Source: Ruditapes philippinarum (lineage: Eukaryota). From it: a stretch of DNA of 64,000 bases. Shown one piece after another: positions 41,140 to 53,006 of the stretch. The translations under genes were made by a program, and so were the position numbers. Within the stretch, counting starts at the first letter, position 1. Each line of letters starts with the position of its first letter. The stretch is from positions 124,001 through 188,000 of the forward strand of contig NW_026859203.1 of the NCBI RefSeq assembly GCF_026571515.1, written 5' to 3'. The notes below the pieces were generated by a model. The model did no database searches and was not told the DNA's origin. It worked only from the letters and a program-made list of their open reading frames with translations.

Positions 41140-42169
41140 ATACCACTCATACTAGCCATTTGCTATCAACACTCAACATCTTGGCAGTAAAACATATCTA
41201 TAAAATAAAGAGTCAAATATAAAATGTTGATACGTGGATGAAATATCTGCCCAATTAATCACTTGTCTTTGGTGAAGTGAACATCATTCATTATTCTTGC
41301 ATAAAAACCGCGCAGTAACATTACATTAACGGGGAAGAAAACATATACTTTAAACGAATAAAATCACGACAGCCTGTGTCGTTGTTACACGTGTTTTAAT
41401 ATATGTGACACAGGGCGCCTTGTTAATTAGCTGGAATAAGGAGTTACCGAAACAGGCGTATACTTTTTATACAAGAACAACGCTAATCACATTTTTTTCA
41501 TGCATTAACATCTGCAGAAGCCCTTGGACTCATAAAATCTCCCACTCTGCGGCCTCGAACTTTGCGTGCGTCCTCGTGTTTTTGCAGATGTTAATGCACG
41601 AAAAACGTGCATTAACCCTCAATTATTATTATCAAAGTATAAAAAGGCGGAAAGTTGCGGTAGGGGACATAATCAGGTTTATTTTACATGATGTGGCTGA
41701 ATAATATTGTGATATTATGTCTCAGTGTAAGTCAAAATATGATTTTTAATTTAGTTAAATATGATTATTTAAACAAAGAAATTTGTTACCAACAATAACT
41801 GTATTGAGAATAGCAGATGATGTATGTCTTCATGTAATAGAGTTACGCACTTGAATCACCCTTTAAATTAGTCTCAATATTTCGACTGCAAGACAGACCG
41901 ATTTTATAATCTGATATTTCATAGATGTCTGTCGAAGGGCGACCATCTTCTATATAATAAAAAGCCCTAAAGTGCACAATTCGTTGAGCTACCTTTAAAT
42001 CTGTCCTGGTTAGCTGGGTTCGGATTAAGTTTATTAAATGAGACAAACATGCGTTAATACACTGATTATGTATCTTAAGACTTGAGCAGCAATGCTATGT
42101 CAATAGCTGCAAGTCTTGTAGATTTACTATTGTTACGTGAAATTTGATCATTTAAACGTATTGTCTATA

Positions 42170-42343
42170 ATGGCCAATCAGAATTAGTCAAACGGGAAAC
42201 ACGTTTTATTTTTTCTTACGCAGATATAACTTTGCATTGTGCATTTATCAGTAACGTTTAATTAAAGTATGGTGGTTTCTCGTAGTTCTCTTGATTCAAA
42301 TTAGTCTAAAAAGTCCGGATTTAACATCCGTTATAACGTAAGT
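42170..42343 (+). promoter_or_regulatory. Candidate promoter and non-coding first exon of ODC-like copy A
   Basis: GGCCAATCAG CCAAT box at 42174 and donor GTAAGT at 42338, both retained in copy B (56468, 56628); a TTTATAG acceptor lies just upstream of the ATG in both copies. Confidence 0.4.
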
Positions 42344-42614
42344 AGTGATAACAAAGTTAATATAAATACGTAAAATTTTGTCATTACTTAAAATGTAATT
42401 TATCGGGCATATTCATATAGAGCTAAGTGAATATATGTCAAAACGAAAGTAAAAAAATGTCAGGTATAGATAAACATGAAGCATAATTGACATACAGTTA
42501 GTAGTTTTGTCATTGATATATCAGATAAATAAACTATATTTTGAGGTAATTTTATTTGTTGAGTACAGCTGTCAAAAGTGAACTGGACGAGGCGCAAGCT
42601 GAGTCTAATATGGG

Positions 42615-43425
42615 TCTATGTCATGTTTTATATAGTGGTAGTTTTATGTCATGTCTTATATAGTGGCTGTTTTATGTCATATCTTATAAAATGTAAGTTC
42701 TATAATGTCATGTTATAAAATGACCGTTCTAAGTCATGTTTTACATAGTGACAGTTCTATGTTATGTTTTATGTAGTGACAGTTCTTTGTCATGTCTTAT
42801 ATAGTGGCTGTTTTATGTCATGTCTTATAAAGTCGCAGTTTTATGTCATGTCTTATAAAGTGATAGTTTTATGTAATGTCTTATACAGTGACAGTTCTAT
42901 GTCATTTCTAATACAGTGACATTTCTTTGTCATGTTTTATATAGTGACTGATAGTTCTATGTCAAGTCTTATACAGTCGCTGTTTTATGTCTTGTCTTAT
43001 ATAGTGACTGTTTTATGTTATGTCTTATATAGTCGCAGTTTTATGTCATGTCTTATATAGTGACTGTTTTATGTCACGTGTTATATAATGGCAGTTTTGT
43101 GTCAAGTCTTATATAGTCGCAGTTTATGTCATGTTTTATGTTGTGGCAGTTTTATGTTCTGTCTTATATAGTGATTAACAGTTCTATGCCATGTCTTATA
43201 TAGTGACAGTTCTATGTCATGTCTAATATAGTGGCAGTTTTATGTTATGTCTTATATAGTGACTGTGTTATATCATATATTATATAATGGCTGTTTTATG
43301 TTATGTCTAATATAGGTGCAGGTTTATGTCATATCTTATATAATGGCTGATTTATGCCATGTCTTATATAGTTGTAGTTTTATGTCATGCTTTATATAGT
43401 GGCTGTTTTATGTCATGTCTTATAT
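42615..43425. repeat. Minisatellite, ~28 bp unit (TAGTGACAGTTTTATGTCATGTCTTATA), copy A
   Basis: About 28 degenerate tandem units; paralogous array at 56915-57650. Confidence 0.92.
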
Positions 43426-43515
43426 ATGATGGTATAGTGTTTGTATTATGACATGTCGTTTGAAAGTATTTTCGCGGATATTTTATATTTATAGTTTAAG
43501 AAAGAACTTGTAAGA

Positions 43516-46500
43516 ATGCAAGCCAGTATTGGAGGCGAGATCGTGACATTACATACAAACAGTTCAAGCACTGCTGACCTTGTAAACGAGCAAGTTCACA
43601 TTTCCAGGAAGGAGGTGATGTTGTTATATAATTATATAATATTTATTTTAAAGAATGCATACATCTTTAGAAGGAACATTGATCTATATTTCTGCATTTG
43701 ATACCCAACTGGCTTGTAATAAAGTAAGCGAGCTAAGATAATGTTGTACTAGGACACTACGTTAGAGGCACCATACTGATATCTTAAGTATTTTTTCCCT
43801 TTAAGGATATTGTATTTCAATCTTTCTTGGAGAAAAAAAACACTTATACTGTCAGTTCGGTATTCAGTATACTTAGTAGGTATCTTTAAAATATGCAGTC
43901 TACTTTATTAGAAATAATAACTGGAAGTTAGTTTTTAAATTGTCTATAAATTGTCTCTAAATATCAGAAAAGTGTTATCTGCTCTTAAGAATAATATATT
44001 GTTGTGTTACAGGAGAGCGAGAGACATTTTTGTTTATGTAATCTTGGAGATATAATTCACAAGTATCAACAAATGACGACACTAATACCGAGAGTTAAAC
44101 CTTTTTATGGTATGATTATAATGCATTTTACCCTCATTATCACATTTGTTTAGAAGAATTTGTTGGTAAGTCTAAGGCCACGCATTCATTCCGCATAACC
44201 ACCCACATTTCATAATTATTATAGTGAAACAGTTTGGTCAACAATATTCAAAATCACTTATCATGAATAAGTTAGACTTTGTCCACAAAGCTTTCTCGTT
44301 TGAACTGTCGGCTGGTATTTTTAAATATAAATACATATACAATAGTTTCTTGTTCTAGTAACATATAAAGTGATGAATGTTTTTGTTGTTGTTTTGTTTT
44401 AGCTGTAAAGTGCAATGAAGAATTACCAGTACTAAAGGTCCTCGCTGATCTGGGGGCATCATTTGACTGTGCTAGTAAGGTAACTCACGATCCATGCTGG
44501 ATTATCCTTGTGTATTTTAGGTTATCTTGGAATGCAAAATAATCAGACTTTTGTTTTTCAACAGAATCTAAATATTCACTTAAAAAACAAAGCTAATTGA
44601 TGAAAACTGCTCTACTTACAGCACAGGAGAACGACCCAATATACCTTATAGTTTCCAAAATGTCACACTTAATAGAACACAAGCTTAATTAATTGCTATA
44701 TGTACATTTTATAAGTAGGCTATATTTAACCCAACAATTTATTTCTCTTTTTCATTTCTAAAACATTTTTAATTCAGCACGAGATAGAAAAGGTTCTCAA
44801 TATTGGCGTAACACCAGCACGTGTCATATACGCACAGCCATGCAAGCAACCTTCAATGCTGAAGTTCGCGGAAACAGAAAGGTGTGGACAAGATGACGTT
44901 TGACAACGTGGAGGAACTGTATAAAGTTAAGAAGATATTTCCAACAGCTAGGTGGGGTTTAATACTTTTCATCATATGTCATTCATATATTTTGCCTAAA
45001 TTTGATGTCAGTCTATAATATATTTTATTTAGGACAGTCGCACTAATGATGATATATTTTCATGTTTACAGATTAGTTTTGAGAATAATGATAGACAGTG
45101 AGTATAAGGGGAACCAAGATTTCAGCAGTAAGTACGGGTGTCATCCATTGGACGTTCCCACAGTTCTCGAGACCGCAAAAGAACTAAACCTTAACGTCGT
45201 CGGTGTAAGGTAAAATGCGTCATATGTAGACTTGAAAGTATTGTTATATTATGTTATATTATGTTATATTTTCGATCCTTGAAGATCGTTCAGCACGACA
45301 TTATTGTTGTGCTTGTGGTATTTTTAGTTTCAACTTTTCGGCATTTTCTAGTTGGGTGGTTCCAATATTCCTACTTGAATAATGTTGAATCACCCTTAGG
45401 ATATGTTGCCTGCTTTTTAAATTTGTCTTTTGACGTCTTATCTGTGATACGCAGGCTTCATAACCTCTGATCCCCTTTCAAAATTCCATTTTATTTAGTT
45501 CCGCCCATTGTTTTCTCGTTTAGGGCACACGCTTTTTATTACTTGGGGACCATACGCCGCTTTTCATGGAATGGCACGTAAGTGTCACATTGAAGGTTCC
45601 ATGATAACCGCCGTATGAACACATCTGCGGATGTTTCTAAATTCAAAATTTTACTATTTCACGTTTAAATGTTGAATTCTACGTAAGCCGGTGCTAGGGG
45701 GCGTGGACGGTTACTTGCACTTTCCAGTACCGTCCATGAACAGGCTCAATCAAACCGAGCCTGCAACCTTTTCAATTTTGCAGTGTTGGGCTTTCTTTAG
45801 GGATTCTGTATTTTTCTATTTTATCAATATGCTTAAATAAACATGAACAAGATAGAGTTGAAAGTATGTGTGTGAAATTTTAACAAACGTCATAAAATTT
45901 GAAGGATTATTCAAGTGTAGGCCTACTGTCAACACTTGCCGATGGTAGTTAAACAATAAATCAAATACAGCAGAATTTAAACAAGTGAAGAAAAGCTACT
46001 AAGACTCGTGTATTTCCACATTTACTGAAGAATGAACATTATCTTTCAGTTTTCACGTTGGTAGCAACTGTTATGACTCTAGGGCATTTTCAGCAGCCAT
46101 ACAGCAATCAAGGCAGGTATTTGATACCGGGGCTGGTCTTGGCTTCAATATGACACTGCTTGACATAGGAGGTGGTTTCCCAGGTCAACTTGATACTGGT
46201 AGCACATTTCAGCAGGTACGAATTTAACGTGCATCTTGAGATGTCAAATATCAACATCATTATTTTTATGCAACATTTTATATGATTTAAATCAAGGGGT
46301 GCGGTGGCCTAGTGGTTAAAGTGTATGCCTCTCAACCCCTATTCAGGTCACGACCATGTTACTTTATATGACACCACAACTGGTTGGTTTCTGGAAGTGA
46401 ACAGATTAATAGAAGTTGCAAGAACTTGTTTCGCAATCGATCTCAAATAAACATGTTTAAACCAAACCATATAAATCTTCACTTTATATAAGAAATACGG

Positions 46501-48209
46501 GGACATAAAGCGTTTAATGTATTATTTGTTTTGTTTTTAAATCAGATAGCTGATGTTGTAAACTCCAGCTTAGATACACACTTTCCATATAAGGAAGGTT
46601 TGGAGGTTATAGCCGAGCCGGGACGCTACATGGTCGCATCCGCTTTTACTATTGGCGTCAACATCATAGCAAAACGTATTGTGCCGCATAGACCAAACAA
46701 ACAAGATAAAGGTATGTTGTAAATTGTAACACTGTCATATATCTGCAGACAAATCGTGAACGTAGCTTCTGAAAATTTAATCTTTGTCATACATTCAGCA
46801 GTGTTAAACAAATATAAATAAAAGGGCTTATCAAATACTTAAAAATGCTAGCTGGTAAGTTGATTTTGAAAAAAAGCAGGTGAATAGCATGACATTGTTG
46901 TAAGATCCAAAATTAAACTTCACAAAGTTTGATGTGCAATATTGTATGATTGATATCAATTCTAGTTTATATAATGCAGGGACTGGCATAAACAGAAATG
47001 ATCCGACTGTAAAGTCTATAATGTACTATGTGAATGACGGAGTTTACGGGTCATTCCTGGGTAAACTTGCAGATTACAGAAAATATGAGGCAAAATCTTT
47101 AAAGGTAGGAATAACATTATAACTGTCTGTACTGTCATGTTGAGCAAGATTAACAGAATTTCAGTTCTACCCAAGCCGACATTAACTTAATACTCGAGCC
47201 GTACTGACCAGTTTTCCACAGTAAACTGCAAATTCATATTAAGCAAATAACCAATAAAAATAAGTAGTGTCGGGCATTCGAACTCCCTACTCTGAAGTTC
47301 TTAAACCTTATATACGCTCGGACTACTAAGGTAAGATGACGGACTAAGCAACCCTTCTCTTTCCAAACAACACTGATACAGTGACTGTAGACTTACAAGT
47401 TAACAAGACATTGTCTATCACTGGCCAAGGACAAGAACTTAGAAAATGCTGTATGCTACTAATGGTTTTATTTCGTTTTCAGCTTAAATAAACATATTCA
47501 TAACTTTATATTAAGAATAAACAGAACATGATAAAGAGGTATGTCTGTTATACTAAGTTTTAGACAGTGTTATACTATGTTGTAGACTGAGGTAGCTGCT
47601 GTCATGTATGAAAGTAGTATCTGGGGACCTTCATGTGACAGTGTTGACTGTATTGTAGACTCTACATTATTACCAGCACATGATGTTGGAGAATGGCTGT
47701 ATTTCCCCGACATGGGCGCATACACCTTGTCATCACACACAAACTTCAATGGAATGGAAGAGCCTAAACTAATCTATTACTGTCAAACAGACATTTGGTA
47801 TTTACTCTACAAAAATATATATCCCCCTGTTTAGTTATATTATATAAGTGCTCATTTAAAAAAAAATTGTTCGAAATGAAGTAAAAATCATTTCCAGTTT
47901 TACATTTAAACTTGTTTCACATTCCGAAAGTAAGACAACAATTAAGGACACATATCTTATCTCTGGTGTAAATTCTAGCACATACAGTCAGACGTGAATT
48001 AAGTGACCGCATGTACATATATGTCTGTCAATATAGAATCAGTTATTATGCCATTAGCTTTAATACTATCAATGAACTAAAACCGCATGAGTGTAAACAT
48101 TTTTTAATTTTTTTTTAAAAGTGAGTAATGCTTTGAATGTATATATTTCAGGAATCAGTTATACAGTGAGAAGTCTTGCCAGTATAATGGACCAAATAAT
48201 ACAACATAA
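43516..48209 (+). CDS. ODC-like: Ornithine decarboxylase-like PLP enzyme, copy A (one +1 indel in exon 4)
   Basis: Exons 43516-43614, 44013-44109, 44403-44479, 44778-44951, 45072-45209, 46050-46215, 46546-46711, 46980-47104, 47586-47797, 48152-48209. Motifs PFYAVKCN (PLP lysine), [50 protein letters not shown]. Extra A at ~44873 (GCGGAAACAG vs GCGGAACAG in copy B). Last exon less certain. Confidence 0.88.
45245..45818. other. ~575-bp segment in ODC copy A intron 5, absent from copy B
   Basis: Copy B reads GAAAGTATTG|TTTTATCAATATGC contiguously at ~59440; the segment starts with (TTATATTATG)3. Confidence 0.75.
46295..46470 (+). mobile_element. Degenerate tRNA-derived SINE (also at 59935-60132)
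   Basis: A box GGTGGCCTAGTGG; the copy B version retains a B box GGGTTCGACCC; (AAACC) tail. Confidence 0.65.
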
Positions 48210-48434
48210 GAGTTATATAGTCTCACAAGCATACTTTATGCTGTTGATACATGAGTTAGTCTTGTCTGAAACAATTGCAAGTAACATGTATTTTATTCCA
48301 GTCAGATTGACTTATTTGAAAGCAAGTGTTCCATTTAGTCTGACAAATTGGAATTTCATTATTTTTATGTATATATTGTACATGTCTGATGTACCTTTAA
48401 CACAAAGTAGTATAGGCTTTATTTAACAACATAT

Positions 48435-49460
48435 TGAAACGTACCCGGGGTCTGATAGCCCGGACACACTTCAATATCGACACGTGGGTTCTTCTCAAAC
48501 ACACGTAAATGGAAAAGGGAAAGTTAGGGACACAAGGACTAAAAGATACGGACACCTGAAATAAGATTAACACTACAATTTATTAAATATACATTTCACA
48601 AACAATAAAATTGGTATATAGTATTTTCTGTGGATGGCTCTGGCTTGGGCTCCTCGTCTTAGGTCAGGAATATTCTTCTGTTACGTCTAGAATTATGTAT
48701 GATATAAGATGTAATGTAAGGCTTGACAAATACGGTGTCACGTCTTGCCTGTGGTCAGGTACAAATTTTATGGTAGGAATTGCCATGAAATGCTATAGGG
48801 TTGATGGGGTATCTAAAATGGTAACTACAAAATACAGTGGTGTTCTACCCTGGTATGTGGGTATCACTATAAAATATGAGAATATGGCTATGGAAACTTG
48901 GTCTTCAGTCAGGATCTATCACAAATGGAAAATAATGCCAAACTGCCAAACTAGATGATTTAATATAAAACTTCTATATAAACTATTACTGGCACAAAGT
49001 ATTGTATACCTTTCTGGTGGCTGGAGATACATCCATATTCAATAATGTATAGGTGTGGTCTGGTGGTTATCTACCAAGGTACTGACAATTTTGGCAGATT
49101 CGGGCTGCTATTTATAGTCTCGGACGCTGGGTGGCTAGCTTGCTTGGCAGTATCGTCATCGTCTCCGATGACGTCACTGCCTAGCTCGCGCGGGCAGAAA
49201 TTTAGCCAGTGCCAGCTGCCATGTTTAAATTGGCAGCGTGTGGCTAATTGATCATTAAAACGGCTACAACGTAGAAAATAAGTTATTTTAAGTAATATAA
49301 CCATCGTAAATATTAAAAGGATGAAGTTATCTATGCATGCAGTGTATGTATTGATGATTAAAAGTCGATGTCATGAAGTAGAGTTAATTACTTCAGTACT
49401 TGAGTAGTTTCCGGATACGGGTTTATTTTCGGACGTAAAATGATGGGCTTGATCGTTACA
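48435..49460 (-). mobile_element. Solo LTR (1026 bp), probably Gypsy-type
   Basis: TGAAAC...GTTACA ends, 4-bp TSD ATAT (48431-48434 / 49461-49464), minus-strand AATAAA at 48579-48584; empty site in copy B at ~62167. Confidence 0.85.
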
Positions 49461-49464
49461 ATAT

Positions 49465-49930
49465 AATGGGAGAATAGGAAGCAATTTTTATAATTATCAC
49501 ATAACTTTAAACTTAATATACTTCTGTATTTCTTGACAGCACTGATAATTAACTCGTAGTAAATAAAGTTTTATTTTAATACTTGATCTTGCTTGCAATT
49601 CATTCCATTCGAGGAAAGTACCATTCACATTCATAATAACTTTGATAAACCCTTATACTTTTATCATACCATGTTTTTATGAAAATAGGTTTTCTATCCA
49701 TCAAAATATATTGGTTATAGAACAGGGGCATTTCTTACATTTCCATAGAAATAATCGGTATTTTTTCTAAAAATTCTTCATAAGCACCTAAAACATCTTT
49801 CCAAAATGAATTTTTCAAAATATTATATATATATTCTTTATATAACTTTCGACAATTAAACAGCTTCTTAATATCTAAAAAGTTATCTAAAATAGTGTAA
49901 CATTTATCACATTCAGATGATACAATTCTT
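49465..49930 (-). mobile_element. Duplicated fragment of the L1/Tx1-like LINE, cut at the duplication junction
   Basis: Matches 62171-62640 and stops abruptly at 49930. Confidence 0.8.
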
Positions 49931-50388
49931 TAAATCTTCCTTATTTTAAATATGTGTGTCACAGGGTGAGAAATTTTTTTAAACCGTAACATGTGCTATA
50001 TAGAATGTTATTTATTCGTGTAGATTCAATACTAAATTTATTGAACTCATTGAATACGTGCCTCTGGCGAGCATAATATGATTTTATTCCACTTGATCTA
50101 TAAATGTAGTATTAAATCTACACTCATTTGACATCTTCTATGTAGATCTAATTGCACAACGAATAATATATACAACGCATGTATGCCATGAAGATTAACG
50201 TGTGCAGGTATATATTGACATACTATCACTACACAAATATTTATCTTTGTTTGGCCTGTACATTTATACCCGCCTGTACACACAAACTTGAAATATTGAT
50301 TTGACGATTACCAATTTTTACTACTACACTTTAAGAAGCATATACATGCATACATTGTAAGTAATAACGTATCTGCGACATTTAAAAC

Positions 50389-52646
50389 ATGTGGAATATA
50401 TCAATATGTGTTGTAGGATTTTACATGATAGTATTTTGCTATACTAGTGACATACCATCTGTAAACACGAAGTTTGGTACTATCAATGGATTAAGAAAGA
50501 CGAGAGAATTTTTAGGGACCGAGTATAGTGTTGATAGTTATTTAGGCATTCCGTATGCCAAACCACCTGTCAATGAAAGACGCTTCAAAAAGCCAGAACC
50601 ACGTGGACCGTTCCAGAAACCATTCGAGGCAAAGGACTTTGGTGCTGCTTGTTTGCAGTTTAGTTGGTTTGAAGAAATAACAGATTCGTCAGAAGATTGT
50701 TTATTTTTAAATATATACACACCAGGTTTGAAATCTGACCAAGAGAGTGGACATGCAGTAATGATTTTTATACATGGTGGTGGATTCACACTTGGCACAG
50801 GCAACACTTACATCGGGGAGACGTTAGCTGCCGTAGGGAACGTTATTGTTGTTACCATCAACTATAGGCTCGGATTATTCGGCTTTCTCGACACTGACGA
50901 TGAAAATGGCAAAGGAAATTATGGACTTTGGGGATCAACATCTTGCCATTAAATGGGTTCATGAAAATATAGCTTCTTTTGGGGAGACAATACACGTGTC
51001 ACACACTCTTTGGCGAGTCTGCTGGTTCCACGTCTGTTGTTTTACAATCGTTATATCCAGGAAACAAAGGATTGGTTCCGAGCTGCTATCGCAGAGAGTG
51101 GCGGCATAACGATGCCATTTACAGTACCGTATAACCATATCACCCCAGCAACATACTTTGCTAGGAACATGACCTGTAACACGGAGAACAAGTTAGAAAT
51201 GTTACAATGTCTACAGCAAGCGCCTGCAGAACGAGTACTTAAAGTTATTGTTGATACAATCACAGAGGACTTCAGCGGTGGGTCGGTCAAGGTCACGTTG
51301 AATCCAAGTGTTGATGGCGAGTTTATTAAGAGACGTCCGATTGATCTATATCAAGAAGCAAGAACTGAAGTGCTGGAAGAAGTAGAATTTTTCAGGTCAA
51401 TTATTTTCATGAATGGAATAAACGCTGCTGAAGGTGCAGTGTTTACTATCATGCACGCAAAACCCGCTAGATGTAGACAGCTTTAAAGTTACACGGGAAG
51501 AGATGAACAATGTTGTGATGCCGGCAGCTGCTGCGTTAGCCTTTTAGTTTTAATCGAACAGTAACAGGTGCCACTCAAACAATTACTTTTATTTGAATAC
51601 ACAGACTGGACAAACCCTGATGACCCTAATACAATACGAGACCAATTAATTCGCTTCTACAGTGACGTATTTTTCAAATGTTCCAGCAATGGAATTAAGT
51701 CAACTTCACGTGAATGGAACGAACGCGGGAAGTTACATGTATAACTTCCGTGCACGCGTTAAAGGACACATTTATCCTACTCCAAGCTGGGTCAAGCAAT
51801 CAAATCATGGGGATGAGCTTGGTCCTGTGTTCGGTTACAACTTCCGGTACAACAAGATACTTGGTATATCAACATACAAACCGACAATGGAAGAACAGCA
51901 GCTGTCGTTGAAGATCATGACGTATTGGTCAAACTTTGCTAAAACCGGGTATTTATGATTTATTTTTGCACTTTAACACTTTGATATCAGATAAAGAAGG
52001 TAAGATTAATTATAAACATGATATCCCAGCTGGAGTTGATTTTGCAAATGTTATGGAAGGACTGTAGCATAGTTCAACACAGCTGATATAAAAACATGAT
52101 ATTGTTTAGATATCAATATTACTAAAAAAATTGACGTTTAACAAATATATTGACTGTAAGTAATGAATGAAATATTCAGTACTTAAAGTGCGTCAGAAAA
52201 GACATAAAAAGACATATTTCTTGTGCTATAAACACTTTTAAACCGCTAAGAACATCTTTAGTAAATAAAATGTTCAACTTCTGTAATTTCATCCTCGCTG
52301 GTAATAAAGTGAACGATGTATAAAATTAACACACTTTATTATTCATGAAGGTGTAATCATGTATTTAGAAGTAATGAGGTATATGATTTTATATTACAGA
52401 AACCCAAATGAACCCATGATTGTTCCTGCTGGCAATGTATGGCCTATCTATACACCAGAATCTCAAGAATATCTGACAGTAGACTTTGAGGAAGATTCCG
52501 TCCAGAACTTCATGTATGTACGTGAGCTGGAGTTTTGGCGGAGAACATTGCCCACATTTTTCGATGCTGTTGACCAGAAATCTAGGTTCTCGTCTACTGT
52601 ATCATCTGAGACAGGATACTGCGAGAAAGACGGACCTTGTAATTGA
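50389..52646 (+). pseudogene. Carboxylesterase copy B, frameshifted as assembled (pseudogene or sequencing error)
   Basis: Exons 50389-51948 and 52400-52646, highly similar to copy A; about 8 indels of 1-2 nt between 50930 and 51680, all in or creating homopolymer or dinucleotide runs; codons for the catalytic motifs remain. Confidence 0.75.
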
Positions 52647-53006
52647 TAGAACCGAAATTTCTTTATTTCATTATTCGGAATGTATTATTTTAATTATGTG
52701 TACTGTCTTAGCAATATGACAGTCACATACATGTTTTGGAAAGTTAATTAGTCTTTTCTTCAGGGTAATTTCAGATCTGAATGCAAGTTTATTCTAAATA
52801 AAATGTATATTTAAAACACAATGTAGTTTAAAAATGTCTTTTAGAAGCTTTAATTATTGACTCATATTTTTCAAAAGTTAAAAAGCCAGACATATTATTT
52901 TAGGTACAGAATAAAAATGTGCAATTTAAAATATACGACAAGAACTTGAAACTTGTCAACATTTTATTAAAGTACTTAAAGCTCTCTTGATATACTCATT
53001 CATAAA

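Larger units (their letters stand above)
27944..49930 (+). repeat. Tandem segmental duplication, copy A (carboxylesterase - SLC19 - ODC-like unit)
   Basis: Collinear with 49928-62640 in exons, introns and intergenic DNA; longer because of several large extra segments. Confidence 0.95.

Noticed and set aside
42615-43425. Common origin with the 3545-4612 minisatellite (shared TATAAGACA / TGACAT words on opposite strands)
   Set aside because: Unit length and motif order differ; short AT-rich word matches are not sufficient.
44865-44880. Programmed frameshift in ODC copy A by analogy with antizyme
   Set aside because: Absent from copy B, no UCC-UGA-type shift site, and it is a simple A-run extension.
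48121-48426. 101-aa ORF conserved in both copies (also 61857-62162)
   Set aside because: GTG-started frame overlapping the probable last ODC exon and 3'UTR; similarity reflects the duplication only.
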